A stretch of DNA of 64,000 bases from Candidatus Cloacimonadales bacterium (GCA_963678315.1 OY782781.1:2496001-2560000); one strand, 5' to 3'; shown: positions 19,501-29,508, numbered from the stretch's first letter. Numbers and translations: made by a program. The notes: generated from the sequence alone by a model not told the origin.

Positions 19501-22341
19501 AAAGTCATCAACTAAAATACCACCAGTAGCATCTTGGAAGAACTTTTGGTTTCTGTAAGTTTGTGAGAAAGTCATCACTGCTTCACCAGTAAGTGAATAA
19601 GTGGTGCCATCAAGAGAACCAGCTCTTAGGTCAGCTATTGTTGAAACTTCAACAGTTTCTAAAAGAGTATACATAGCAGTTGCTACAAATGAAGCTTCTA
19701 AACCATCTGCATAAGCAATAGCTTTAAGAGTTGTTGTTTCACTTATTGAGATAGGTGTAGTATACATTGTAGAAGCATCTGTAGGCTCACTTCCATCTAA
19801 AGTATAATATATTGAAGCACCTTCAGTTGAACAAGTAATTGTAGCTTCAAAAGCTTCATCAAAAGTAGTTGAAGTAGGGTCAATTACAGGAGTTGAAGTA
19901 TATTCATCAGCTGAACCACCAGTGAATTCATGAGAACCAATATGAGAGAAATCATTTTGGTCATATACTATCCATTGTGAATTATCAGCAGAAGAACCTG
20001 CTGAAATAGCCCAGTCTGTAGAACCTTCACCAATTGTTGGTTTTCTTACAAGAGTTTGCTCACTAGTAGCTTCAGTAACACCTGCTACATCCCAAGCAAC
20101 ACCTGGATCTTCACCTTCGTTACCAATAACATCAATAAGTTGTCCATCCTTAAATAAGCCAATGGTATCATCACCATTGAAATAAGTGATAGTACTTGTG
20201 ATATCAGCAACAGCTTGAATTGCAGCATCAGCATCAGGATTAGCAATGATAAATACTCCACCATCAGCTAAAGTACCAGTTAATGCTTCTTCATTATCCA
20301 TTGGATTTCCATTGTTACCACGTTTTACAACATATTGAGATAGGTCTACATCTTCACCTGTTCCATTGTAGATTTCAAGAGCTTTATTGTTTCCTGAACC
20401 TTCTATATATTCAGAGAAGAATAAATCTACTGCTAGAGTAGGTTCTGTAGTTCCACCATTGTCAATTTCACCTGAATAAACTAATTGATTCTTACCAACA
20501 ACAATAACATTATTATCCCAACCAGCAATAGCAGTTAATCTTACAGGGTTAAAAGTAGTTTCAGGAAGATCTATTTCTGACCAAGATGCACCATTATCTT
20601 CTGATTTCATTAATGCCCAAGTTGTACCTAGGTTTGAAGAATCTGAAGATTGACCAGCAACAACTAATGTACCATCAGCAGTTTCATATATTGCATTTAG
20701 ATCATCATCAGCTGATTCAACAGCAGCTGTCCAATCACCTGCAGTAGCACCACCATTAGAAGTATAATATATCTCACCATCATCATTCACTAAAACACCG
20801 TTATCAGCATCTGTAAAGTAGATATCTTTAACATCTCCACCACTAACATTGATAGTTGTGAAATCAGTACCATTATTAGTTCTATATACTCTACCATCTT
20901 TACCACCAAGAAGAATATTATTCTCATCAAAAGCAAAAGCAGTATATATTTTATCATTTGAAGTAAAACCTGTCAACGTAATATCTGTCCAGTTAGCTCC
21001 GCCATCAGTAGTTTTTGAAGCAAAACCTTCGTGTCCAAAAGCCCAACCAATTTGATCATTGATAAACTCTAATGCATAAAGAGCTTTTGAAGAAGTTATT
21101 CCAGAAACTTGGTGTAATGTCCAAGAAACACCACCATCAGTAGTATTATATATAACACCTGCTTTACCAACAACGATACCATTATTTTCATCAAAGAATT
21201 TTGAATCATACAAGGTTTCTGTACCTGTAGCAACAAATATCTTGTCGTATGAAGCTCCAGCATCAGAAGTTCTAAATACAGTGTTTTTGTCTCCAACTAA
21301 ATACCAGTTATCTTCATCAATTAAAGAAATACTATAGTTATCAACTGAAGAAACTGTTTTTTCATTCCAGCTAATACCATCAGTAGATTTAGCTACTGTG
21401 CCATACCAACCAGCAAGCATTAAGTCTCCTGAATTGGTTGTAGTTAAGTCATGAGCATAGTAGTTCCAATCGTTGTATAAAATTTGAGTTGTTTGCCAGC
21501 CATCAGTTGTTTTAACAACAACACCATTCCAGCCAGTAGCATAACCCACATCACCATTCATAGTCACACCGTACATTCTAGGTTCTGAATCTCCACCTGC
21601 TGTTGGGTGATTAGTCCAAGTAAGACCATTATCATTGCTAACACCGATATAACCATCATCACCTAAAACAACAACTCTATCACCGAATTGTTTAACTTCG
21701 AAAGTTGTAGGATTAGTAGCCACACCTAAGTCAAGAACTTCCCAATTTGTACCAAAATCAGTAGTTTTAATTACTTTTCCTAAATCAGGACTACCATTGT
21801 TAGCAGCAATAAAGCCAATTCCTGATTCATTCATTGAGATACCATAATATGTGTCAGAGTTAGGAGTTGTTTGTAAAACCCAATTAGCACCATGGTCACT
21901 TGAGTAAACTACTTTACCGTTTGCTCCGCTAGCAAATATTTTGCCATCGGCTAAATATATTATTCCTTCTATATCATCACTTCCGAAAAATGTTTCTACT
22001 GCTGATGCCTGAGTCCATGATTGGCCACCATCAGTAGATAGTAAAAGCATACCATTCTCTGCTCCAATAGCTACATGGTTTGCATCTGCAAATGAGACAT
22101 CATTAGCGTCTAAATATGTTCCACTTCCTGGGTCAAATGTAGGTGAAGCCACAAAATCAAATGATTCTCCATCATCTGTTGATAAGCCAACAGCTCCATC
22201 TGAGCCTGCGATTACAACATTTGTGCCATAATTATCAATGCCATAAATATTTATAGGGAATTGAGCCTGTCTATCTAATTCCCATGAAAACAACGACAAA
22301 GCAACAAATAGTATTGTCGCAATAGTTATGAGTCTTTTCAT
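16519..22341 (-). CDS. Large secreted mosaic protein: YCF48/BNR beta-propellers, lamin-tail domains, chitobiase-like Fn3, two repeated OB-like modules, carboxypeptidase-regulatory-like domain, cleaved-adhesin domain, C-terminal sorting domain
   Basis: Many (S/T)TDGG.(S/T)W Asp-boxes; LFFSEYIEGSGNNKALEIYN and IVINEIMYN; IYYTLDGSEPT; DDWLIS; NYPNPFNPETTI...KKMILMK. Confidence 0.8.
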   Translation of the reverse strand: MKRLITIATILFVALSLFSWELDRQAQFPINIYGIDNYGTNVVIAGSDGAVGLSTDDGESFDFVASPTFDPGSGTYLDANDVSFADANHVAIGAENGMLLLSTDGGQSWTQASAVETFFGSDDIEGIIYLADGKIFASGANGKVVYSSDHGANWVLQTTPNSDTYYGISMNESGIGFIAANNGSPDLGKVIKTTDFGTNWEVLDLGVATNPTTFEVKQFGDRVVVLGDDGYIGVSNDNGLTWTNHPTAGGDSEPRMYGVTMNGDVGYATGWNGVVVKTTDGWQTTQILYNDWNYYAHDLTTTNSGDLMLAGWYGTVAKSTDGISWNEKTVSSVDNYSISLIDEDNWYLVGDKNTVFRTSDAGASYDKIFVATGTETLYDSKFFDENNGIVVGKAGVIYNTTDGGVSWTLHQVSGITSSKALYALEFINDQIGWAFGHEGFASKTTDGGANWTDITLTGFTSNDKIYTAFAFDENNILLGGKDGRVYRTNNGTDFTTINVSGGDVKDIYFTDADNGVLVNDDGEIYYTSNGGATAGDWTAAVESADDDLNAIYETADGTLVVAGQSSDSSNLGTTWALMKSEDNGASWSEIDLPETTFNPVRLTAIAGWDNNVIVVGKNQLVYSGEIDNGGTTEPTLAVDLFFSEYIEGSGNNKALEIYNGTGEDVDLSQYVVKRGNNGNPMDNEEALTGTLADGGVFIIANPDADAAIQAVADITSTITYFNGDDTIGLFKDGQLIDVIGNEGEDPGVAWDVAGVTEATSEQTLVRKPTIGEGSTDWAISAGSSADNSQWIVYDQNDFSHIGSHEFTGGSADEYTSTPVIDPTSTTFDEAFEATITCSTEGASIYYTLDGSEPTDASTMYTTPISISETTTLKAIAYADGLEASFVATAMYTLLETVEVSTIADLRAGSLDGTTYSLTGEAVMTFSQTYRNQKFFQDATGGILVDDFIGIITSTYNEGDGVTGLTGTLTEYNGILEFIPTVDPGTATSNNNEVTAQVLTIDDLNNNLANHESELIKVMAVTFQETGSFANGQNYNLSDGANTLVLRTQFFDVDYIGTEIPVSPVNITALCLQFNGTTQIIPRNLVDFEPAGELEYGTISGQVTDAENNSPIEGATVTIGSLNAQTDASGNYSIADVMVNTYSVTCSATGYATAITADVQVNVDANTEVNFALDQATVPDNAIVINEIMYNSASWDNEWVEFYNISDVEVSLAGWTFTDNDAEHTPYTFGAEVVIPANGYLTLAIDHHEEAEPFPFTPDVDATEVLDWNLGNTSEDLSILDASSNVVDQVIYQDSGDWPSAADGTGATLELIDPMLDNSLASSWQASTVMGGTPGQANSGAAQVIEVADLAELRNQTVGGDEYIITGEVILTYQQDYRGQKYLQDANAGILIDDNNGVITSTYMVGDGITGLRGTLSEYGNMLQLIPTQDPGAATSSNNIVQAQLVTIDELTNNFESYESRLVKIQDAHFNTPGNFENGAVYEIANATNTNTFNFRATFYDVDYIGTEIPSEILNITAIANSRTDGNYISARNSADLEISEYPAPSDLQANITPSGSVELLWTVFVLPMTNKSYVDETGNEVVVNGNSRNTIDRDPTGHKVYRDDVMIAEVDGYSYYDQDLEDGTYTYYVTAMYDQVESVPSNSVTVTIGGDDALFTDDFEAYDDFAIDFANWTLVDNDLSQTYGIENTEFDNAGLPMAYMVFNPASTTPAITEAGFVASSGSKYLASFASMTPDNDDWLISRAFTIDAEASLSFMAKSITDTYGLERFNVLVSNGSTDLNDFTVISGDTYVEAPLSWNSYSYDLNAYAGQTVRFAIQCVSSDAFIFMIDDIEVLAPNGTPISSDDVELAGNALLNNYPNPFNPETTIAFNVKDAGDVTIDIYNIKGQKVKQLVNDSYSTGIHTVVWNGQDDNNNKVSSGVYFYKMRSGKYSKTKKMILMK

Positions 22342-22494
22342 AATTCCTCCATTATTTTTCTCATATTATCATTTTAATAATTGTTAAGATTTTGGCAAGT
22401 ATTTTTGTATTAAGTATAATTAATAGTTCAAAAAACATACAGCAAAAAAAAGAGGAAGACATTTCTTCCTCATATATATTTGTGATTTTATTAC

Positions 22495-23439
22495 TTAAGC
22501 TTCAATGATAGTACCAGTTTTTCCTTCGAAAGCATCAACGATTTTTTCGATAGAAGTGATAATAACTTTTTTACCACCATTTTTAATAAAACTAATAGCA
22601 GCTAAGATTTTTGGTCCCATTGAACCTTTAGGGAATTGACCTTCATCATAATAAGCTTGAGCTTCTTCAATAGAAATATTATCTAAATCTTTTTGGTCTG
22701 GCTTACCGAAGTTTACAGCTACTTTATCTACACCAGTGAGAATTACTAAGAACTCAGCTCCAATTTTTTCCGCTAATAGTGCAGAAGCAAAATCTTTATC
22801 GATTACAGCATCAATACCTTCTAGCTTATTATCTTCTTCAAGAACTACTGGAATTCCGCCACCACCACAAGCGATAACAATTTGATTATCTTCTACAAGA
22901 GTTTTTATTGTGTTAGCAGGAACAATATCAATAGGTTTTGGTGATGGTACAACCTGTCTCCAGCCTCTGCCAGCATCTTCAGTCATAGTCCAACCAAATT
23001 CAGCTTCTAGAGCTTTAGCTTCATTTTCTGTATAGAATGGTCCAACTGGTTTTGATGGATTAGCCATACTTGGGTCATCTTTTGAAACAACAACTTGTGA
23101 GTTAATAGTTACAACACTGTTATTGATTCCTTCTACACGAAGTCTGTTTTGGAGACTTTGTTCAATCATGTAGCCCATTGTTCCTTCAGTTGCAGCAACA
23201 AGAACACCAAGTGGAAGTGGAGCAACACCTTTATCGATACCTGCATTATGTTGGATAAGCATATTACCAACTTGTGGTCCATTACCATGTGAAATTGCTA
23301 ATTGATAGCCTTGTTTAATTAATTCAACAACACCACCTAAGCTATCTCTTGTATTTTTAAACTGTTCGGTAATAGTACCTTTTTGACCAGCTTGAATAAT
23401 AGCGTTTCCGCCTAAAGCTAAAACTGCTTTTTTTGCCAT
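22495..23439 (-). CDS. arcC: Carbamate kinase
   Basis: ALGGNA, HGNGPQVG, PSKPVGPFY, EDAGRGWRQVVPSP, GGGGIPV, AVIDKD, GSMGPK. Confidence 0.96.
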   Translation of the reverse strand: MAKKAVLALGGNAIIQAGQKGTITEQFKNTRDSLGGVVELIKQGYQLAISHGNGPQVGNMLIQHNAGIDKGVAPLPLGVLVAATEGTMGYMIEQSLQNRLRVEGINNSVVTINSQVVVSKDDPSMANPSKPVGPFYTENEAKALEAEFGWTMTEDAGRGWRQVVPSPKPIDIVPANTIKTLVEDNQIVIACGGGGIPVVLEEDNKLEGIDAVIDKDFASALLAEKIGAEFLVILTGVDKVAVNFGKPDQKDLDNISIEEAQAYYDEGQFPKGSMGPKILAAISFIKNGGKKVIITSIEKIVDAFEGKTGTIIEA

Positions 23440-23469
23440 TTATATTCCTCCAATAAATAATATTCATTT

Positions 23470-23506
23470 AAAAAAAGTTCGGAGACTTGCAAAAACAAGT
23501 CTCCGA
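23470..23506 (-). terminator. Terminator-like hairpin between the arcE-like gene and arcC
   Basis: TCGGAGACTTG..CAAGTCTCCGA followed by a T run on the minus strand. Confidence 0.7.
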
Positions 23507-23543
23507 TTGCTAATTTTTATTTTTCTAAAGTTTTGTCAATAAA

Positions 23544-24863
23544 TTAGAATCCATTTTCTGATAAAACATCAGCTAGAGTAGGTTTACCTATTTCTTGAAG
23601 TTCATAAGTAACTCTTACAGAAGGCTTTTTAATATTAACAATTCTTCTTAAATCTATTGGAGTACCAATTACGACAGCATCACAATCAACTGCATTAATT
23701 GTTTCTTCTAAATCTTTTATTTGTTGTTCACCATATCCCATAGCTGGTAACAAGATACCAATTTCAGGATACTTATCGAATGTTTCTTTAATCTCACCAA
23801 CAGCCCATGGACGTGGATCTACAGTATCTTCAACACCACATTTTTCAGCAGCAACGACACCTGCTCCATAGGTCATTTCACCATGTGTAAGTGTTGGACC
23901 ATCTTCTACCACAAGGACATTCTTGCCTGCAATAATTGATGGGTCTTCAACAAATACAGGAGAAGCTGCATCAATAATAATTGCATTAGGGTTATATTCA
24001 CGACAGTTTTCTCTAACTTCGAAAACACCTTCAGGATCTGCTGAATCAATCTTATTGATTACAATAACATCAGCTAAACGAACATTTGCTTCACCTGGAT
24101 AATAAGTAATTTCATGTCCTGCTCTGTGTGGATCAACCACAACAATTTTTAGTTCATTATCTGAAGTATAGAATGGAGTATCATTGTTACCACCATCCCA
24201 GATAATTACATCTGCTTCTTTTTCAGCTTCTCTGACAATTGCTTCATAGTCAACACCAGCATAGATTATTGAACCCATTGCAATATGTGGTTCATATTCT
24301 TCCATTTCTTCAATAGTACATTTATGTTTTACAAGGTCGTCTAAAGTTTCATAGCGTTGAACTTTTTGAGCTACAAGGTCACCATAAGGCATTGGATGTC
24401 TAATTGATACAACCTTTTTACCTTGTTCTCTAAAATATCTAACAACTGCTCTAGTAGTTTGTGATTTTCCGCAACCAGTTCTAGCAGCACAGATTGTTAC
24501 TAGAGGTTTACTTGTTTTAACTGCGGTATCTTTTTGACCCATTAACATGAAGTTTGCCCCTGCTGCATTTACTAATGATGCGTTATGCATAACTCTTTCA
24601 TGTGGTAAATCGCTATATGCTAAAACCACAAGATCTATGTCATATTGCTTAATTAAGCCAGGGAGCTCAGATTCGGGTAAAATAGGTATACCTTCCGGAT
24701 ACAGCTCACCTGCGAGTTGGGCAGGATATTTTTTATCGTCAATTCCTGGAATTTGTGTTGCTGTAAAAGCAACTACTTCGTAAGAATCATTACCTCTGAA
24801 AAAAGTATTAAAGTTATGAAAATCTCTTCCAGCGGCACCCATAATTATAACCTTTTGTTTCAT
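23544..24863 (-). CDS. arcE: Arginine synthetase ArcE-like (cyclic 2,3-diphosphoglycerate synthetase-like P-loop family)
   Basis: MGAAGRDFHNFN, RTGCGKSQT P-loop, IRHPMPYG, WDGGNND, EDGPTLTHG; adjacent to carbamate kinase. Confidence 0.75.
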   Translation of the reverse strand: MKQKVIIMGAAGRDFHNFNTFFRGNDSYEVVAFTATQIPGIDDKKYPAQLAGELYPEGIPILPESELPGLIKQYDIDLVVLAYSDLPHERVMHNASLVNAAGANFMLMGQKDTAVKTSKPLVTICAARTGCGKSQTTRAVVRYFREQGKKVVSIRHPMPYGDLVAQKVQRYETLDDLVKHKCTIEEMEEYEPHIAMGSIIYAGVDYEAIVREAEKEADVIIWDGGNNDTPFYTSDNELKIVVVDPHRAGHEITYYPGEANVRLADVIVINKIDSADPEGVFEVRENCREYNPNAIIIDAASPVFVEDPSIIAGKNVLVVEDGPTLTHGEMTYGAGVVAAEKCGVEDTVDPRPWAVGEIKETFDKYPEIGILLPAMGYGEQQIKDLEETINAVDCDAVVIGTPIDLRRIVNIKKPSVRVTYELQEIGKPTLADVLSENGF

Positions 24864-25183
24864 GTCACTCTCCTTTGACTTTATTGTTATCAGAATATAA
24901 CATGAAGATATTTAAATGTCAAGGAAAAGCTATTTGACTTGAAATATTAATTATAAGAATATCTCATCTTATTGTTTTCTAGATAGTTATAAATATATAA
25001 AAGATTGTTTATGCTTTGTATGTTTATCTTTTTTTCGGGACTAGAAGTGACTAATGCTATGCTTTCTCATCTATTCTTCCATCAAGTTGCCAGTAAAATC
25101 ACTTTCAGAATTCAAAATGTTGATTATAATACACAAAAAGAGAATGTTGAAAACAACATTCTCTAATTTATGGAACCTTATTA

Positions 25184-27175
25184 CTATTCTTTTACTTCTT
25201 CAGCTTCAGGTGTAGTTTCTTCAGCTACAATCTCTTCTTTCTTTTCTTCAACAACAACTTCTTCAGTTGGAGTTGCTTCAGGAGTAGCTTCAACAACAAC
25301 TTCTTCTACTGGAGTTTCTTTAGGAGCAGCTTCAACTACTACTTTTTCTTCAACAGTCTCTTCTTGAGATTTTGCATCTTCTTTCTTCATTTTTTCCATT
25401 TTTTTAGCTTCAGCTTTAGCTTTTTTTGCTTCTTTTTTCTTAGCAATTTTTTCGCTTTGCTCTTTATGGAATGCTACATAAGCATTTAAGCTATCTTGGT
25501 TTCTTGAGAAGAAGAATGCTTTTACAGAGAGAATAAGTCTTCTGTTGTCCATATCAAGTTCAATAACTTTTAATGGAATTTCTTCACCTACGAAGAAATA
25601 GTCTTCAGGGTTTTCTAATTTTGGAATAGCTAAATGAGATACTGGAACGAAACCTTCAACTAAAGTACCGTCACACTCGATATCTACTAAGATACCTTTT
25701 GGTATTAGTTTAGAGATAACACCTTTAAGTTCTGTGTTTAGAGGTAGGCTCTCATTTAGTGTTTGCCATGGATCTTCATGTAATTGTTTGATACCCAAAG
25801 CAACTCTGTGAAGTGTTTTATCAATAGATAATACAACAGCTTCAATTTCTTGATTCTTTTTGAAGAGATCTTTTGGATGATAGATTCTCTTTGTCCAAGA
25901 AATATCAGAAACATGAACTAAACCATCAATACCATCTTCGATTTCAACAAAGATACCAAATTCTGTTAAACTCTTAATTTTACGTTTAATAACAGTTCCT
26001 TCAGGGTATTTCATATCGATAGCTACCCAAGGATTTGGTTCCATTTGTTTTAAGCCTAAAGCAATTCTTTTGTTCTCTTTATTTACAGAAAGAACGATTG
26101 CTTCAACACTTTCACCAACTTTTAATAATTGGTTAGGATGGTTGATTTTCTTAGTCCAAGACATTTCAGTAATATGAATTAAACCTTCAACACCTGGTTC
26201 GAGTTCTACAAAAGCACCATATTGAGTTAAGTTTACAACTTTACCTTTTGCTTTTGAGCCTTCTTCATATTTCACATCAATGTTTTCCCATGGTTGAGGA
26301 ACTAATTGTTTTAAACCGAGAGAAACTTTTTCGTTTTCTTCATCGTAAGCAGTAACTTTAACTTTCAATTTATCACCGATATTTAAAATATCTGATGGAT
26401 GTTTAACTTTGCCCCATGACATATCAGTAATATGTAGAAGACCATCAATTCCACCTAAGTCAATGAAAGCACCATAGCTTGTGATGTTTTTAACTTCACC
26501 TTCGAGTTCTGCATCTACAGCTATTTTACCTTTTAAGTCTGCTCTTTTTTCTTTTAGCTCTTCTTCTAAAACATCTTTTCTAGAAACAATGATGTTCTTT
26601 CTGTCGCCATCTAATTTAATGATTTTAACATTAGCTGTTTTACCAATAAATTGATCTAAGTTAGGAATTGGTTTTAAGGCTATTTGTGAGCCTGGTAAAA
26701 ATGCTTCTAAACCGAACACTTCTACTATCATTCCACCTTTAACACGACGTCTGAAAATACCTTCAATGATTTCTTCTGCTTCAAATGAAGCTTGAAGTTT
26801 CTTGATGTTTTCTTGGAAATCTGCTTGTTTTTTAGAAAGTTTAACCTTTCCGTCACCATCTTCAACCTTAACAATGTACACTTTGATATCAGTACCTACA
26901 TCTGGTGATCCTGAATAGGTGAACTCGCCTATTGGAATTGATCCTTCTGATTTGTACCCGATATCTACTAGAACTTCACGGTCAGTTACACTAACTACTC
27001 TACCAGTAACAATCTGTCCTGATTCATAATTAGAGAATGACGCATCATACATTTCTAGCATTTCGTCTTTGCTAAGTTCTTTTTCTTTTGACATTACTTG
27101 CTGTTCATCAGCTTGGTTACCAACTACTTCATTTGTAGTTTCTTGAGTTTTGACTTCATCTTTGTTAAAGCTCAT
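25184..27175 (-). CDS. rpsA: 30S ribosomal protein S1 with Lys/Glu-rich repetitive C-terminal extension
   Basis: Six S1 repeats (DIGYKSEG, AFLPGSQ, GAFIDLGGIDGLLHITDMSW, EGLIHITEMSW and others). Confidence 0.97.
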   Translation of the reverse strand: MSFNKDEVKTQETTNEVVGNQADEQQVMSKEKELSKDEMLEMYDASFSNYESGQIVTGRVVSVTDREVLVDIGYKSEGSIPIGEFTYSGSPDVGTDIKVYIVKVEDGDGKVKLSKKQADFQENIKKLQASFEAEEIIEGIFRRRVKGGMIVEVFGLEAFLPGSQIALKPIPNLDQFIGKTANVKIIKLDGDRKNIIVSRKDVLEEELKEKRADLKGKIAVDAELEGEVKNITSYGAFIDLGGIDGLLHITDMSWGKVKHPSDILNIGDKLKVKVTAYDEENEKVSLGLKQLVPQPWENIDVKYEEGSKAKGKVVNLTQYGAFVELEPGVEGLIHITEMSWTKKINHPNQLLKVGESVEAIVLSVNKENKRIALGLKQMEPNPWVAIDMKYPEGTVIKRKIKSLTEFGIFVEIEDGIDGLVHVSDISWTKRIYHPKDLFKKNQEIEAVVLSIDKTLHRVALGIKQLHEDPWQTLNESLPLNTELKGVISKLIPKGILVDIECDGTLVEGFVPVSHLAIPKLENPEDYFFVGEEIPLKVIELDMDNRRLILSVKAFFFSRNQDSLNAYVAFHKEQSEKIAKKKEAKKAKAEAKKMEKMKKEDAKSQEETVEEKVVVEAAPKETPVEEVVVEATPEATPTEEVVVEEKKEEIVAEETTPEAEEVKE

Positions 27176-28061
27176 TCGGTTCCTCCTTAAACACAGGAAT
27201 ATCTGAGATGAGTTCAGCTCTCTTCAAATCCCCGTTTATATTAATTATTCTATTATATACATTTATTATTAAATTATCTGGTGTTGAAGCACCAGCTGTT
27301 ATACCTATACTTTTCTTACTTTCAATCCATGATTCATCTATTTCATCAGCAACTTCAATATGATATGTTTCACAATATTCACTAGAAATCTTAGCTAACA
27401 TCTTTGTATTAGAGCTCATCATTCCACCAACAACTATCATCAAGTCGCTGTTTTTTGCAAGTTCCCTAGTTGAATTCTGTCTAACAGTAGTGGCATAGCA
27501 TATAGTATTTACTATCCTTAGCTCATAACTTTGTTTCAACAATTTAGCTACAATTGATTCAAACTTATTATAAGTTTGAGTTGTCTGAGATAATAAAGCT
27601 ACTTTTTTAAATCTTTTGTTAGGAATTTCTTCAGCATCAATAACAACTAAATGATTTCCTTCTATATAAGAACATACTGCTTTTACTTCTGGGTGATTCT
27701 TATCACCTAATATAACAACAAAATATCCTTCCTTTGAAAGATTGTTCCCATGTCTTTGCAAATCATAGACATTAGGACAGGTAGCATCAATTAAATTAGC
27801 ACCATTATCTTTTAAGAATTCAAGTTTCTCTTTTGATAGTCCATGAGATCTGATTATAGCAGACTTATCTTTAATTATCTCTAAATCTTTTGTAGAATAG
27901 ACATTTAAATCTTCTAACTGTGCCACAACTTGAGGATTATGAATGATAGGTCCGATAGTATATATTTTCTCAGAAGACTTCTTTCCAGCTTCTCTAGCAA
28001 TGTTTATTGCCCTTTTTACGCCGAAACAAAATCCTGAGTTTTTAGCTAACCTAACTCTCAT
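27165..28061 (-). CDS. ispH: 4-hydroxy-3-methylbut-2-enyl diphosphate reductase
   Basis: GFCFGVKRA, IIHN, IRSHG, DATCP, HPEV, SQTT, NTICYAT..RQ, GITAGASTP. Confidence 0.96.
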   Translation of the reverse strand: MRVRLAKNSGFCFGVKRAINIAREAGKKSSEKIYTIGPIIHNPQVVAQLEDLNVYSTKDLEIIKDKSAIIRSHGLSKEKLEFLKDNGANLIDATCPNVYDLQRHGNNLSKEGYFVVILGDKNHPEVKAVCSYIEGNHLVVIDAEEIPNKRFKKVALLSQTTQTYNKFESIVAKLLKQSYELRIVNTICYATTVRQNSTRELAKNSDLMIVVGGMMSSNTKMLAKISSEYCETYHIEVADEIDESWIESKKSIGITAGASTPDNLIINVYNRIININGDLKRAELISDIPVFKEEPNEL

Positions 28062-28653
28062 TTTTTAATCCTTTAATTATTTCTAATATCTCATTGGAAA
28101 ACTGTCTATAAGAACTCTTTTCTAATGGTAAGTTCTCATAATAAGAAGGTTCAATTGGTTTCCCAAATACTATCTTCAATCTTTTTATCCTAAACAAGCA
28201 TTGAAAAATATGATTACTATTTTCAACATAAACAGGCAATATCCTCGACTTTGTATTCAAAGCCAACAATCCAATACCTGGTTTTGCTGTAAAATTCTTT
28301 CTAGAACCTTCTGGAAATATCAAGATAGACTCATCTTTATTAAGAATTTCATTAACACTTTTGATAGCTCGTTTATCAACAACACCTCTTTTAACAGGTA
28401 TAGCATTAAAGGAAGAAATAAGCCATCCAAATGGCCTGAATTTAAACAGTTCTTCCTTTGCTAAGAAATGTATAGGTGTTGGAATGAAACTACCAACCAC
28501 TGGCGGATCAAAGTTCGATATGTGATTACTTGCTATTATGCACCTAGATTTAGACACTTTCTCATAATCACACAAGGCTACAACTTTAGCCCCTAATATA
28601 TACTTTACTTTTATATTTATTAACTTTCTAAAAATCTTATAAGCTAAACCCAA
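28051..28653 (-). CDS. plsC: 1-acyl-sn-glycerol-3-phosphate acyltransferase
   Basis: NHISNFD, FLAKEELF, IFPEGSR. Confidence 0.9.
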   Translation of the reverse strand: MGLAYKIFRKLINIKVKYILGAKVVALCDYEKVSKSRCIIASNHISNFDPPVVGSFIPTPIHFLAKEELFKFRPFGWLISSFNAIPVKRGVVDKRAIKSVNEILNKDESILIFPEGSRKNFTAKPGIGLLALNTKSRILPVYVENSNHIFQCLFRIKRLKIVFGKPIEPSYYENLPLEKSSYRQFSNEILEIIKGLKNES

Positions 28654-29334
28654 CTACTCTCCTATTATTAGTAAAATCTTCTCAACTTGCTTTTCAATTG
28701 TTAAATAAGAAGAATCTACTTCTAAAGCATCATCAGCTTTCTTTAGTGGAGCTATCTCTCTGTTAGAATCATTATAGTCTCTTTCAAGAAGTTCCAAAGT
28801 TACTTGTTCTAATGTCTTCTCAGAACCTTTAGCTTTTTCTTCCAACCATCTTCTTCTAGCTCTCACCTTTACATCAGCGACCATAAATATTTTATAATCA
28901 GCATCAGGAAAAACCACAGTTCCTATGTCCCTACCATCCATTACCACACGACCATTCTTACCAAGTTGACGTTGAAGTCTTGTCATTTCTTGTCTAACAA
29001 CTGGCCTAGCAGAAATATCAGAGGCAAGTTTACCTACATGAGGTTCTCTGATTGCTTTACTTACATCTTCCCCATTGAGGAAAATCTTGTTCCCATTTTC
29101 ACTATATTTAATTTCGATGTTGATTTCTTTCATCATAATTGATAGTTTTTCATCATCCTGTATAGAAATACCTAGCTTTTCAGCTAATAAACCACATGCA
29201 CGATACATAGCTCCAGTATCAATATAGACATATTCTAATTCTTTAGCTAAAGCCTTTGCTGTAGTACTTTTACCTGATGCTGCAGGACCATCAATTGCGA
29301 TTATATAATTACTACTTTTTATATTTTTTCTCAT
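28654..29334 (-). CDS. cmk: Cytidylate kinase
   Basis: IAIDGPAASGKST, DTGAMYR, MDGRDIGTVVFPDA; ATG at 29334 preferred over the ORF-track start at 29370. Confidence 0.96.
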   Translation of the reverse strand: MRKNIKSSNYIIAIDGPAASGKSTTAKALAKELEYVYIDTGAMYRACGLLAEKLGISIQDDEKLSIMMKEINIEIKYSENGNKIFLNGEDVSKAIREPHVGKLASDISARPVVRQEMTRLQRQLGKNGRVVMDGRDIGTVVFPDADYKIFMVADVKVRARRRWLEEKAKGSEKTLEQVTLELLERDYNDSNREIAPLKKADDALEVDSSYLTIEKQVEKILLIIGE

Positions 29335-29508
29335 AATAACCGAAAATGTCTTTTTTCTAAAATAAGTCAATCTATTTTTTTCTAAAGTTCGTTTAAATTA
29401 TTGTCTTACTTTTTTTTCAATAAAAATTCAGCATGTTTTGCCTATAATTATGTTTCTTTGTTTGGTGTTATTAGTTCCATTCATGGATAGTTCTCTTATT
29501 TGGTATTT

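Noticed and set aside
24864..25140. Riboswitch or leader RNA upstream of the arcE-like gene
   Set aside because: Only weak pairing potential and no recognisable consensus; an Rfam/Infernal search would be needed.
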